Shown in pieces: positions 38,511-53,100 of a stretch of 64,000 nt of DNA. The first letter of the stretch is position 1, and every line of letters begins with the position of its first letter. Where the stretch lies: the NCBI GenBank assembly GCA_016748015.1, contig JAAOMT010000607.1:372001-436000 (forward strand). Direction: 5' to 3'. The notes below the pieces were generated by a model. It was not told the origin of the DNA, searched no databases, and was given only the letters and a program-made list of their open reading frames with translations. The DNA is from Geosiphon pyriformis uo1. Taxonomy: Eukaryota; Fungi; Glomeromycota. A program made the translations under genes and the position numbers.

Positions 38511-39169
38511 ATGGTAGATGCGACAGGAAATATCAGAAAAATGAAAATTACAGACAACATTTACTTGCTAGCACAACAATTCTTTCAATTAATCCAACAC
38601 CAGAAAATGGAGATTACAATCAATCAACAAACTATTCAATATCAAGATACTAGAAAGACATTGCAACTTAAAACACAGAAGAAAACTGAAAATACTGTGG
38701 ACAAAATCATTGTGAAAGTAAAATTAGCAATAAAAAAGTTGACAAAAGAGTCACTATATCAAGAGTTGATTAAAAAAACTTGGAATTGGTGGATACAACA
38801 ATTTCCACGAAACTATTGTTATTTTTACTTGGGACAACATGTAAATATCCAGAATCTATATACGGATAAAACAAAGCAATTATTCGACAAAAAAATACTA
38901 CAACAATTAGAACATTTTGTGGGAAAGAACAACTTATCTACACAGGCCCAAGCCATATACCGAATACACACAGCATTTCAGGATAGACCAGAAATATTGC
39001 TCAACAAAGCAATAGATATGGTTACCAGTAATCAATTGAGAAAAATCATCAATGTTTAATTTAAAGAATTACAGACCCAAATAACACAAGTAATTCTCGA
39101 AAACAAAATCCAGGAAATACTTAAGAGGGGGAATTAAATGAGTTGGATTTCGATGGAGCTCAATATTAA
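38511..39169 (+). pseudogene. Extra 3' ORF (ORF3) of element B, unknown function
   Basis: A 182-aa open segment plus a tail ending LDFDGAQY-stop that abuts the PPT. Homologous to A and C. Confidence 0.75.
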
Positions 39170-39183
39170 AAAGGAGGAAATAA

Positions 39184-39982
39184 TATTACTCATAGAAATA
39201 TAGGAAATATATTAGCATAATTATTAGCCAATCAGAAGTAGGCATAGTAAAGGTGGAATTCCAGAATTCCTCTCAGAAATTGCAGGATTCCAGGAATTTC
39301 AGGATTCTCCGATGAGAAATTGCAGGATTTCAGGAATTCCAGGATTTCTGTTGTGAAAAATCAAGGAATTGAAGAATTTCAATTATGTATATATAGCAGT
39401 AGTGTTAAAAACAGAAAAGACAGAATTGATACCACAGAATTCTTAGTCTAGAAACAAAATCATCAAATAAATAATTATTTCATATCTTAATTTGCTCTCC
39501 ACTATCAACTCTTCATGTTGATAATAATTGATACATAACCACACTGGAACAATAGCTCTTGATCACAGCTATTGACAGGATACTAAATCTGCAAATCACC
39601 TTGGCTTATTTCTTTAGGTTTCTTTATTTTTCTTTATTTTCTGTGATTTTGTTATTGTGCACTAACCAATTGATTAAAAGCACTGATTACTGACATCAAG
39701 GATTGTCTGGTAAAAAACCTCTGTGAGAGGGTAGGCCACGTACAGTAGATACAGAATACTTACCAGAGGATTGCCAGCCACCAAGCCAAGAAAAAAATTG
39801 ACAGACTTGTGAGTCTGGAAAGCTACGGATAAAACCATTATTGAATCTCTGTTCATTATACAAAGGACTCCATCAAAACTTTCAGATACAACCCTTTCAG
39901 AACATCATCAATGGAAATAGCTTTTAAGCACCAAGTTATGGGTTTTTATTTAATCCAACCAAAAAAATATTTACCTGTAACA
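39184..39982 (+). repeat. 3' LTR of element B
   Basis: Matches 29940-30760 with fewer U3 repeat units; ends TGTAACA. Confidence 0.93.
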
Positions 39983-40198
39983 CTGGTTAGATTAATCTTT
40001 TATAGTGTTATATTATTTGATATAGTTCAAAGGATGTTGGTTTTAGATAAGTTTATTTCTATTATAGCAATATAATATAGTCTAAACTGGTTTAAATAAT
40101 TAATTACATATAGAAAATGCATAATTTACACTTGGTTTAGAATACTTAATTTGTTTTAAAATATTAGGTAGTAGTTGGATTATACTTATTAAACTTAA

Positions 40199-43100
40199 AT
40201 TTTTTTTTTTATGATTTAACAAGTGAAATCCAAACACTACCTAGTACAATACATCATATAAATAATCTAAACTAAGTGTAAATTATGTATTTTATACATG
40301 TAACCAGCTACTTAGGCCAATTAGAACAACACTAAACACCTATATGAACAGAGACTATGTCCTCTATACCCAAAAAAACAGACAAGATTTATAAAACCTG
40401 AAACTCACACCAACTGTCTCAGTAATATCCAATAACTTAACCATACCAGCCAAAAATATCAAAGAAAACACAGAAACTAGAACAGAAATAGAACTATCAT
40501 ATGAGATCAGACTATTTTTTTTTATAAACACTTGGTGCTTGGCACAAACCAACCAGATATCTTTTCAAAATACAAGACAAAATTTGTACACAAAATTCAC
40601 AATATTCTGACCTGCTACTTTACAATCTTTGAAAACAGAAACAGATTCATAAAACCAATTATTAAAAACAAAATCCTTAAACAGAGTGGTGCTAATCACA
40701 ACATCAGAAACACAAGTAGACAACAACTACACAACACATAAAGAAGAATAAGATAAACCAGAGTGTAAACTCCAAACAGATGCATGGATATTTATCAACT
40801 GAGCACAACCAGCAGCATTAAATAGACAAAAAAAGGCACAGAACAAACACACTATACTGGAGTAGTGCTTATTATATAGCCACTTATGCACAGCAACAAA
40901 AAGTTGATAATGAAAAGCCTTCATAAAATATGTTTGAGAACCAGTGGTTTGATTGCTAATAAAACCAGCAGCCAAGTGAAAATCCAGATGCCACACCAAA
41001 GATAATCTAAACTAATTAATATCTACACACAGACTGTTGGCCACTACCTGAGAACCAGAACCAATCTCCCAATGTGCACAATGAACAGACTAAAAAGCCT
41101 TCTAAACAAAATGTTTAAAGTTACCAGAAACAGCAATACCATTGGCTCTAAGATAATATTCACAGACCAAATGAGGTAGGTGCCAATTAGAGAGAGCAGC
41201 TGTTTTGGCTAATACATCAGCACACTCATTATCTAAAACACCAGAGTGACCCCTAATTTTGTGCTAATTGACATCCAAATTTTTATGACAAATAATGCTT
41301 ATGATGTGATAATGTTTGATCCAGCACCAATTTCTAAAATCTGGACAAACTAACTCCAATTCAGACTTGTACACATCCAAAACAGCTTGGCTGTCTGTAA
41401 ACAAGTCCATCAAATGAGAAAAGGGAACACACTTAAGAGCCAAAGCAATGGCCTGCAATTCAGCCATAGTGGAAGACAACAAACCAGAAACTTTTACATC
41501 TAATTCCAAATTAATGTTCTCAAAAAAAACAGCTGCACCAGCTCTTACACCAAAAGTTCTCAGACTACTTAAAAATCTATCTGTATAGACAGAAAAATGA
41601 TCAGCATTAGTATGCAAAAAATTGTCACCAATGACCCCAAACTTATGAGATTAAAAAATATCTGAAGAGCTATGATTATTCAAAATTAGAGAACAGACAG
41701 ATAAAATAGCTATGCCACCAAAAAATCAAACAGAAAGCTCAAACTAAATAAGAACAGGACCACAGAGGTCCAACCATTTCTACCATTTGAAGGTCTTCTA
41801 ATTGAAAACAGCACTTTTTTGATCATATAACTGGTCCACAAAAGCTATTCTATAATGTTAAAGTAAAGAAACATACTTAAAATAAACTGATTTACTGAAA
41901 ACAAGAAACATAGAAGTTCCATCCCAAAAACAAAAAGCACTGGATAGAGAGTTATCCAAGGACAGATTACACCCAGAAAATATATGCACCACATCTGCTA
42001 AAAAATTATTCAAAAGATTGACTTTAATATAAGTCAGAAACTGTGAAGAATGAAGTAAATGCCAGCTGAGAATCTGTAGATTATGTGATCTGTGAAAAAA
42101 TAACCAGCCCAAAATACCAACAGAATTCACAAAAGAAACAACTGAAACCAATTTGCTTTCAACCTGGATCTGCTTAAATGTTTTCAAACTGTATAAAGAA
42201 GGATAATGGATTGTATTATTGGGGAAATCAAGCAGCAGACTAGACTTAGACTTCAAATTCTTTCGAATAAGAGCATTTTATTTATTATACACACTAATAG
42301 AAATGAAACTAAATTGAGTCCTGTAACTAATAATCAGATAAAGGACTACTGACACTAAATATGCAAACTGTTTATTTAAAATTGTTTTTCTTAAAACAAG
42401 ATTGACAAAAAACTGAACATTCAAGTATGTTTTAGCCAAGTTAAGCACTGACAAACTCTCAGAAGATAAAAAAATACCCAAATAACAATAAGATTTCTCT
42501 TTTTTGGTAACAAAAATAGGCAAGCTGCTGATCTCAAGATAAGAATCCCTGATTTGACAGTTGATAAAAATAGCCATAGTCTTATTATTATTAATGAAAA
42601 TATTATTAAACTTAAAAAATTTACTTGCAACATTGAGAATATGTTATGTAGCAGCTTGGCTATTACCAATCCAGATTGTGTTATCAATAAAAGCACCAGC
42701 AGCAAAAAATAAGCTCAACCTGGTTTGAAATTCTACTTGGCCTGTTTTGGAAACAAAATAAAAAATCAATCTATAACTACACACACTTTCTTGCCTCTTA
42801 ATCTTACACAAGAGTAAATCATAGAATATGTACCAAAGAAGAGGTAAAAAAACCTTTCTTTGATTCAACCCATCATGAACATGGTATCTGCTAGTCAAGC
42901 CAAAGTCTGTCATCATTCTGTTAATGTAACTATTGTAAATGCTACTAAAAAATCTAATGAATTTATCACATATCTTGATCCTAACCAAACTTCTTCTAAA
43001 ATGCTTTCACCTAACAGAGTCATAGGCCTTATGCATGTTCTGCAAAACCAGCCATAGTTTTCTGTTTTTCTTTAAAACATCTTTAATTACAAAACCAACA

Positions 43101-46100
43101 GCAAAAATAGGAAATTGCATTAACATATCCTTTAACACAGAAAAATTGTTTCTATAGAGAACATCAAAAGTGCTATAGGCCAGAGAAATTCTGTCTGAAA
43201 GAACCTTGGAAAAGATCTTGTAAACTCTTTCAATTAAAGCAATAGGATGAGTATTTGTAAGAACATTTTCTCATTCATAAGATTTGAGAATTATTAAGAC
43301 CCAAGCTTCTCTTCAAAGTTCAGGCACCAATTTGCAAGTTAAATAAAAGTTTAAAAGCACCAAAAGCATATCTAAAACTGATTTGTTACAGTGCCTTTAT
43401 AATTTATTTGAGATGCCAGAAAGACTGACTGCTTTCTCATTAGGCAGATCCAAGACCATAGCAAACATCTCATCGAACACAATTGAACACATTACATTGA
43501 AAAAAGCACTATCAAAAACATAATCCAAAGACTAATATTGGTAAAGCCAATCAAAAAAGATATCAGATACCATCCTATACTTTCTAATTCAATCTTCTAT
43601 GATCTTGTTCACCTTAAATTTAACCAAATTGGACTCCAATATCAACTTATTATCTACAACCAGATAATCTAGCACTACTTTGTGAAAAAAACACTCCAAA
43701 ACACTTCTAATAGTATGATCCTTATTCAATTCAAAATTTTCTATTCTTTTATTAATAGCTGTCCTAATGTGAAACTTTTCAGCATACCTGAATTCTAGCA
43801 TCTTAGAAAAGCAGTAAGACTTCCTTGTCTTAGCCAAAGCTGACTGAATTAAGTCAAAATTAGAACTCAAAAGAAAAAGAGATTTTACTGTTAATGCACC
43901 AACAGTGTCAAGTCTGTCCCATGTATCCAACAATAATGAAAATTTTTTATTAGAAACTAAACAAAAAGTCTTAACCAGCTTAGATACTAACAACTCCAGC
44001 TTATGAAATCTGGAAGACTTTTTAGTGAACACACAATCATAACCCTTAAACTATTTTTTTTTGAAAGTTTTATTTGCCAAGAGAGTAATTATCTTGTGAA
44101 CAATATCTCATATAACATCTAAATTTGAAAATTTCATGGAGGCAATAAACTCATCTGAGAGCACTGCAGTATTGGCTAATATGGTGCATTGAAAATTGTT
44201 CTATTTAATTTTATTAGCACCCTTGAAATTAAACTTTCATTGATCTTTATTTGCTTGTTTACAAATAGAGTTCAACTGCATATCCAAAAGCCCATCCAAA
44301 TCAATAAACACAAATACAGTCTGGTGATCTGTGTCAAAATGTTTATTGACATTTAAAACATCATAACATACTATCACATTAACCAGATTTAGAAAAACAA
44401 ACACATAATCAATTGTTTATATGACACCTTTGGAGTTTTTTTATGTAGGCTTTTTTACCACTATGCTATCGACTAAAGAATTGACCAGCTTCAAACTGAG
44501 ACACTTTTTAAAACTCACACACTTGTAAGAACTGTCTTTATTGAAATTGCTACCAAAGATGATAAAAAAAGACTTATTTGTAGCTTTGGCAATAAGAAAG
44601 TTAATATTATCCACCTGAGAAAACTAAATTACCAAAAAAATGCTAATATAGATCCCCAATATTGAAACAGAAAGTTTATTTTTGAAAAGTAATTTAATAG
44701 ATAGGAGCTGGCCAAGCATCTCAAAAACTTTGCATACATGCTTTACCAAAAAAAAATCCATGATGACTATAATACCAGTCCCCAGATATCCAGATTCCAG
44801 ACTAGAAGTAAACACCCAAATGCCATTAAATTTGTTGGCAATCCAGGAGCAAATTTTTTCTTTGAGTTTTAATTCCGTAAAAATAGAAACTAAATTGTTT
44901 ATGTTCTTGTGTCAACAAATAATATCATTTTGCTTTGTAGGATTGTTCATACCTATAATATTACACATGGCAATTTTCTAAACAAACTGACTTATTGAGA
45001 AAAAAGTATAGAAGACACACCACCAGCCAAAATCAAACCATCTAGACATGCTAATATACTTATCACTGTAGCAAAAAGACCTTTCAATATGTTCTTCAGT
45101 TTAACAATTTTAGGGGAGGCAGACAAATCCAAATTTGTAGTAGTCTTATCTTTAGTAATATTATTTGAGTCCTCTCTTATTATTATATCATCTACCTAAT
45201 TCTGTGGTAAGGGAGTCACTGACAGCTGGCATCCAAGGCTAGGCTGAAAAACTGCTGGCATGAATGAGTCTAACTTTTTAGCCAACTCACTAATTTGTCT
45301 TGTAAGACTGGTAAGACTGCTCTCTAAAACAGCAAATTTTTTATTAATGTTTTTTGTAACAGGAAGGGTAGGCTTTATCTTCATAGAAAAGCCAAAGTTA
45401 ACCAAAGCATTTTGCACAGAAAAAAGAGGAAACAAAGATTTACCAACTATCTTAGCCCATGAAACACTACCAAAAGCTACTGGTCAGACAACAGAAGCCA
45501 AATGTTTGGCATAAATGGTAACCAGTCTGCTTTTATCTGTCTTTGAAAATGCTCTATGTGGTGAAGTACCAGATAAAAATTTTCCACCAACTGCACAGTC
45601 CAAAGATGTATAACCCAAGTTTTCATACTTAGAACACTTAACCAGAACAAGATGAGACCAATGCAAATTGGCACCCCTCAGTACTGGCATGGCTCTTAGG
45701 ACTGCATCCAATAATTCAGTAGAATCAAAACAGATAGCAGCACACCTGGCCTAAGCATATGAAACCAGATAATAGTTAATGACACAAGTTTTCTCACCAA
45801 TTAAGGCAATATAATCCCAAATATCATGTGTATTAGTTTCTATTGGCAAAGTGTACAACAGTGCTTTGTGTATATCTCTTATATCTCATGATTTTTTGTC
45901 CATATCAGATCTAGCAACACACACTGCATCTTTCCCAATTAGGATAGACTATTTTGTTGTGACCAAATCAGCATGATCAACCTATTTAAATTCAACTACA
46001 GCTTTCTGCCACAGCTCCACCAATTGCATTTTAATTAACACAATTGCTCTAAACTCAGATAGTGCAGTGCATACAGCCTTAATAAAAGTACCAATTAGAA

Positions 46101-46939
46101 TTTCTTTCAAAACCACAGCCCAATCAGAACATCCAGTAAACTTTTTAAGATCAGTGTTTACCATAATTTTCACATTAGTAGTCTTTTTAGTGGCTTTTAT
46201 TAGACCCAATTCGAAGATAAATGTCATTCTAATAATCTTTAAGAATTTTGAGAAAGTAGATGCCTCTCCCAAAACCATTGATATCTGAAAATAACTTCCT
46301 AACAATAGCATACTTTTCTTAAGCTGTTTTGTCAACTACTTTATTCAACTCAATATCCAATATGAAAGATTTTCTAACAGAAATATTGACCAAATTTATC
46401 AAGAGAGAAGAGAGTTCCAAGAGGGCATTTGAAAGAACATCATTATTATTATCACAACTTGAGAAATTTATCTTCCCTAATGGTTTGCCCAATGTTTTTT
46501 TGGTTTTAATATTTGGCTCTTTAAGCATCTGATTAAGATTCTCATTAACAAAAACACTATTCTTACTATAGTCAAAGCTGGTTTCCTCTACCAGATACTC
46601 TTTTTCTATATCAATGCTATCAAACTCAGTGGTGTCACCAGTTTCAGAACTCCATGAATAGCCACTTGGCATTTTAGTAGACTTTTTTTTGTCTTCAACA
46701 CCCTTTTCTAAAGCACCACTTTTCCTTTTCTTCCTCGATGAAACAGGTCTAAAACTTTTATTGGAGCCAGAATCTTTAATAATTTTCTTCATAATAGCAA
46801 TATTAAAGCCAACAATGGTTTCAAAATCAAAAAATGGTTTGGTTTTATTGTACTAAATAGTGAAAAAAAACTTCTTTCAAAAACTTTTGTCTCTTTTTTG
46901 GAAATTTAAGATGAATAAAAGAAAGAAGTTTTTTTTTTT
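40199..46939 (-). mobile_element. LINE2: full-length, strongly degenerate LINE (ORF1 ~46792-44992; ORF2 ~44995-40332)
   Basis: Poly(A) seen as a T-run at 40200-40210, TSD AACTTAA (40192-40198 / 46940-46946), and ORF fragments homologous to LINE1 APE, RT (AFIDN) and RNase H (VYTD). Confidence 0.92.
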
Positions 46940-47141
46940 AACTTAATAAAAAAAATATATAATTAATATTTTTAATTATTTAAAATAATTTTTAATAAAT
47001 ATATTATATGATTATTGTTTTTAATAAAATTTTTTTATAATTTATTTTTGTATATATTTTAAATTTTTAAATTATCTTTTAATTAAATAAAAACAAATAT
47101 TTTGGTATTAAAATAATTATTTAATTGTAATTTTAAAATTA

Positions 47142-50100
47142 TTAATATTTAATAAAAAATTTAAATTTTTTATTATTGTTATTTTAGAAAAAATTAAGTC
47201 TTGTCAGCTTCACAGGACAAATTGGTGAGTTGGCTAAGAGATTGGACTCATTTGTGCTGGCGGTTTTCCAGTCTAGCCCTGAACATTAGCTGCCAGTGAA
47301 CCCCTCATCACAGGATCAGATAGGTGATGTAATAATGGGAGAGGGCTTGGGTGAGGCCACAAGTGGTAAAACTGCTGCAATTTTGGATTCTTCTTCTTTT
47401 CCTGAAGTTAAAAGATTGGAAAACATGTTGGAAAAACTTTCTGCTTCAGTTTTAAGTCTGATGGCAAGATTTGATGATTCAATTTTGGCTGGTGGTGCAT
47501 TGCCCAAACTCTCTTTTCAATGACCAGTTTAGTTTGAAAGATTGCCATGTGCAATGTTAGAGGTATAAATAATTCTGCAAAACAGAATGATATCATTTGT
47601 TGGCATAAAGAAATGAACAATTTAGTTTCTATTTTCTCGGAATCAAAGTTGAAAAGGAAAGTTTGCCCTTAGATTGTCAACAAATTTGAAGATGTGCAGG
47701 TATTTACCTTTGGTTTAGAATCTGGTTATCTGGGTGCTGGTGTTGTGATTGTTATGAACTCTTCTTTGACAAGACATGTGTGCAAAATTTTAGAGGTGCC
47801 TGGTCAGCTCTTGTTTATCAGATTGCTTTTCAAAAAGAAACTTTCAGTATTAATTCTGGGGCTTTACACTGGTGCTTCATTGGTGGCTTGGTTTTTTCAG
47901 GCTGGCGATATCAACTCTTTTATTGCAAAGACTGTCAATGAATCTTTTTTTGTCATTCTCAGAGATGATTTTAATGAAAATGGTTCTCATAAGTGTACAA
48001 GTTTCAAGAAATGCCTGGATTTTGGTTTGGTTAATATTTTGGGTGAGAGCTTTTATAAGAAGTCACTAACTTGGTCCAATTCTTGTGGCATTGTTAAAAC
48101 AATTGATTATGTGCTTATTTCTTTGAACTTGGTTAATGCAGTGGTGGGTCATAGCGTGTTTGGTATTGAGGAGTATTTTGATACTAATTATTAGGCTGTT
48201 TCTGTGTTGGTGGGTCTAGGTGGTTTGCTTGATATCTGATTAAATTCTGTTCACAAACAAGCAAATAAGGATTGCTGGAAGTACAATTGCAAAGATGCAA
48301 ATGATATTAAATAGACTAAATTTAGGGATAATACGGTGGCAAATACTGCTATAGTACATGATGATTTTTTTGGGACCAGAATGCACTCTGACTTGGATGT
48401 GATGTGGGTTGCTCTCTATAAAGTATTATGTCTGTATGCTGAAACAGTTTTTAAAAAGAAATAATTCAAGGACTATGATCATGTTTTTGTTAAGAAGTCA
48501 TCCAAATTTCACAAGCTGGAGCTCTTAATTTCAAAGTTAGTTAAGGCATCTTGATTGGATTTTTTTGAGAAATTCACATCCTTGCTTAACAAGTAAAAAA
48601 GTTTGGATTCAGTTAATGCTTCAGTGATAAGGTCTCTTTTTCTGTCAGGTTTTTTCTTTGATGCCATTAGGTCAGCTCTGTTTAAGGTTAGAAAGTTATA
48701 TTGATCCTCCAAAATGTCAGAAGCAAAACGTGTTGGGGAATCTAGAATCAGGTCAGCAATAGATAAGAGGATGGAAAGTTTCGAATTGAATAAAAGTCAT
48801 ACTATTAGAAGTATGCTAAAACATCCCTTTCACAAGGTAACTTTGGATCATCTGGTCATGGATAATGAATTGGTTTTGGAATCTGATCTGGTCAGAACCA
48901 AAGTGGATAAGATCATAGAAGGATGGACTAGAAAGTGCAATGTGGTTCCTGTTGTCTCTAATGTATGGTATTGCCAATACCAGCCTTTGAAGTATGTTTT
49001 TGATGGCACTTTTTCTGATGTAATGTGCTCAATTGACTTCGATAAGATGTCTGAAGTTATCTCAAATCTACCTAATAAGAAAGTGGCTGGTCTCTCTGGT
49101 ATTTCAAATAAGTTATGGAAACATTGTGACAAGTCAGTCTTGGATATGCTTTTGGTGCTTTTGAACTTTTGCTTGGATTGTGAATCTGTTCTTGGGTCTT
49201 GAAAGGAGGCTTGGGTGTCTATGATTCCCAAACTATATGAATGCAAAGGTGTTTTCACAAACACTTATCCTATTGCTTTGATTGAGACAGCTTGCAAAAT
49301 CCTTTTTAAGATTCTTTTGAACAGGATTTCTTTTGTGTGCAGTAAATTTGATGTTCTTAGAGGGGATAATTTTTCTGTTCTAAAAGGTATAACCATGCAG
49401 TCTCCTATTTTCATTATTGGGTCAGTTATTGAAGATGCTTTGGAAAAGAACCGTGAACTGTGACTAGTATTGCAGGACATGCGGAAGGCTTATGATTCTG
49501 TTGGCTGGGAGCATCTTAGGGAGGGTTTAGTTAGGATAAAGATATGTGACAAGTTTATTTGGTTTTTTGGTGATATTCATAATGGTCGGATTAACAGAGT
49601 TATGACAAATTTTGGGTTGACCAATGAATATATGGTGCATGATAGTTTGGACCAAGGGAAGGTGTTTTCTCCTCTTCTTTGGCACATATTTTATGATCCT
49701 CTTTTGTGTAAAATTAAGAGACAAAAAAGTGTGTGTGAATACAAATTGGATTCTCATTTTATAAACAGGATTGGTCGCTCTGAATCTCAGGCTGGTTTGA
49801 CTTTTTTTCTTGCTGCAGATGCTTTTGTCGATGACATTATTTGGGTTGATAGCAGCCAGACTGCTATGCAACATATTTTTAATATTGCTAGCAAATTTTT
49901 TCAGATCAATGACATTTTGATTAATAATGACAAAACAGTAATTATTCCCATTAATTGCAGAATTTCTGAGCCTTATTTGTTGATCAGTGGTTTGCCTATT
50001 TTGATAGCCAAGAAAAGGGAGCCTTATCAGTACTTGGGCATTTTTTTGTCTACTGAGAGTTTGTCAAAGCCTAGCTTGACTAAGGCCCATCTGGATGTCT

Positions 50101-53100
50101 GGTTTTTTACCAATTTCATGCTGAAGAAGGCTGTCTCTAACAAACAGTTCTCATATTTGGTGTCAGTGGTTTTTCACTTTATTGTTGCATACAGGACTCA
50201 GTTCAGTTTTGTTTCTATTAATGTGTGTGAAGTGGAACACTATGATTCGCAAGGACTTAAAATCCAAATCTGGCTTGCCACACGACTTTCCTAATAATGC
50301 TATTCACCATCTTTCTCTGTATGGTTTGAAGTCTTTTAAACAGGTTCAGGCTGAAGACAAGTCAGTTTCTATTATTAGTTTCATCAATTTTGTTGGTATC
50401 TTGGGCTGTTTGTTTGCACATAAATCACATGACTTGCAGGTTCTCAGCTGGCACTCTCGCCACTCCCTACTGTTTCCTTTCCATATTAATATCAATTCTT
50501 CAAATAATTTTTTGGCTGGCATTGTTCAGATTTTTTTGGGATGTGATCTTTCTCTGGGTGGTCTTGTGACCAATGCTTTTTATTTTCCAAATGAAATTCT
50601 TATGTCTATTGTTCTTGGTGAGCCCACCTTTTATAGATGTGTCTCTTCACTTTGATGTTATGGAATTGCCTTTGTTAAGCAGCTTCACAATCGTGCTGGT
50701 TCTATTTTCGAATAGAAGACTTTCAAGTAGTGGAAGAGATTGGATCCTCAGGGCCCAGTTCTTTATTGGTTTGATGTTTTTGTTTGCTTTCTGAGTGATT
50801 CTGGGCCATTTTTTGTCTGTGATCTTCTGTTGCCAAAAGTTGGTTTGTTTAACATTCTTAAGTCTCATGAGTTTGAAATTGTGCATAGTCGTCTATTGGA
50901 GGTTGACTCCAGTCATCTTTTTTTGTTTATAGATGGGTTTCTGAGTGGGCTGGGTACTCTTAGTATGAAAGCTGGTGCTGCTGTTTTTTTTAAGAACATT
51001 GATTTGGGTTTGGGTGTGGAGGTATTTGGGTTGGTTTTTTCTACTATGGCGAAGTTATAGGCTATTGCTCTGGCTTTCAAGTGTGTTGTTTTTTCTCATT
51101 CGGTCGACTTGTTTTCGGACAGCCAGGCTGCTTTAGATGCGTGCAAGTCAGAATTTATATTGACTCATCCAGATTTTAGGAATCAGTGTTGAATTGAGCA
51201 TTGCCATATTGCTGATGTTATTTAACACAAAAATTTAGATGTTAATTAGATTAAAGTTAAAAATCACTCTGGTGTCTTGGGCAATGAGCATGCTGACACT
51301 CTTACTAGTGCTGCTGCAGTCTCTAGTATGCATCTTTCTCACATAATTAATGATGTTACAGATGACTATTTCTGGTGTTGGATTAAGTAACAAACCTGTA
51401 ACTTGGTGCTCAAATCTAGTTGCAGTTGATAGTAATCTGAAGGTTTGTGTCTGAAGGATTTGTATCCAAAGAGTTTGGTTGAGTTCTTTGTATAATGAAC
51501 AGAGATTCAATAGTAATAGTTTTATCCATAGCTTCCTGAAACTGCAGTTTTGTCAATTTCTTTCTCAGCTTGATGGCTGGTATTTTTCTTGGTAAGCTAT
51601 CCTTAATCAAGTGTTTTACCCTTATTTCTGGATCTTTTACCAGTCATGTTTATCTTGACGTCAGTATCCTGTGCATTAATCCTTAATAGAGTTAGTAAAC
51701 AACAATAAAATCAAAGCAAGAAATAAAAAAAATAAGCCAAGGCAATTTGCAAATTAGTTTTCCATCAATAGCCGTGATTAAGAGCTATTGTTTCAGTGTG
51801 ATTAAGTATCAATTACTATCAACATGAAGTGTTGATAGTAACAGCAGGTTTGAGATAACAAACAGTTATTTATTTGTGGTTTTGGAAAGTTGTCTAGATG
51901 AAATCTAAACTAAGAGGTCTATCTTTTTAGCTTCTAATCCTACTGCTATATATACATAATTGAGATTCCTCAATTCCTCAATTCTTTACAACAAGAATTC
52001 TGGGATTCCTGGAATCCTGCAATTCCTTTGAGAGGAATCCTGGAATTCTGGAATCCTGCAATTTCTTGTGAGAATTCTGTAATTTCTGGAATCCTGCAAT
52101 TCCTAAGAAGAATCCTGAAATTCCACATTTTACTACGTCTACTTCTGATTGGTTAATAACTATGCTAATATATATTCCTTATATTTCTATGAGTAACATT
52201 ATTCCCTTCTTTTAATATTGAGCTTTGTCGAAATCTAACTCTGTTAATTCTTCTTTTTGAAGTATTTCCTGAATTTCATTTTCAAGAATTACTTGTGTTA
52301 TTTGAGTCTGTAATTCTTCAAATTGAGTGTTGGTAATCTTTCCTGGATATATCAGATCAAATTCTGCATCAGTATTATGCGCACATTCTGGCATGATACT
52401 TTTATCATTATCACTGAACCATTTCAGTTCTTGCTTCTTGGTGAGGTCAAGAAGTACAATATATTGTTTGTAGTTTGAATCAAAGTTTGAATCTGAGTTG
52501 GAATTATTGTCATTGTTATAGCCATTTTAAATAGAGCTAAAACTGTTATTTTTGTTGTTGTCGTTGTCAGAGTTTGAATCAGGATTGGAACTTGATTCCA
52601 ATTCTAATGTGCAGCTGTTTATTGGTTCTTCTTCTTCAGGGATTGTGTAGATCATATATGGTAGTAGATTGTAGATGAGATCACAATTATCACAGAATTG
52701 GAAGTCACATGAAATCAAACAGTAGTCACATAATTGGGTGTTGATTTCTTCCAAGCATTGCTCTTGCTCTTCTCTCATGGGTGCTAGATTCTGATAGTGT
52801 TCATAGAATTTTTCTGGGCTGTTTTCTAAGTCAATAAAGGCATCCAGGTTAAGAACCAAAACAATGTCTGTTGGTTCTGGAGGGTTATTTTTGATTTCCA
52901 GAATTTCACTGGGCAAAGTGCCTTCTACTTTGGCATTGGCCATTCGCTAGATCTCGTCCTTGGTGTGTAGATAGCTGTCTAGGTGGGATATAGCTCGATG
53001 CCATGCTGCTGTGATGGGCGTACCACGACTCACCCAGTCACTGATAAGGATCGTGTATTGGCATGAAGTGTCACACATTCCTCCTCAACCAAGAATATTG

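Larger units (their letters stand above)
29940..39982 (+). mobile_element. Ty3/Gypsy LTR retrotransposon B, full length, best-preserved copy
   Basis: LTRs 29940-30760 and 39184-39982, TSD CTGG (29936-29939 / 39983-39986, single in the left arm), PBS 30761-30778, PPT 39168-39183. Confidence 0.96.
28010..40198 (+). mobile_element. Old ORF1-only LINE derivative (right-arm copy), interrupted by Gypsy B at 29940-39982
   Basis: ORF1-like fragment at 28777-28989 (AVVLYNMLL...IKTVLNVFGKV). The 3' UTR at ~40075-40198 resembles LINE1 27063-27180. No ORF2 recognisable. Confidence 0.65.
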
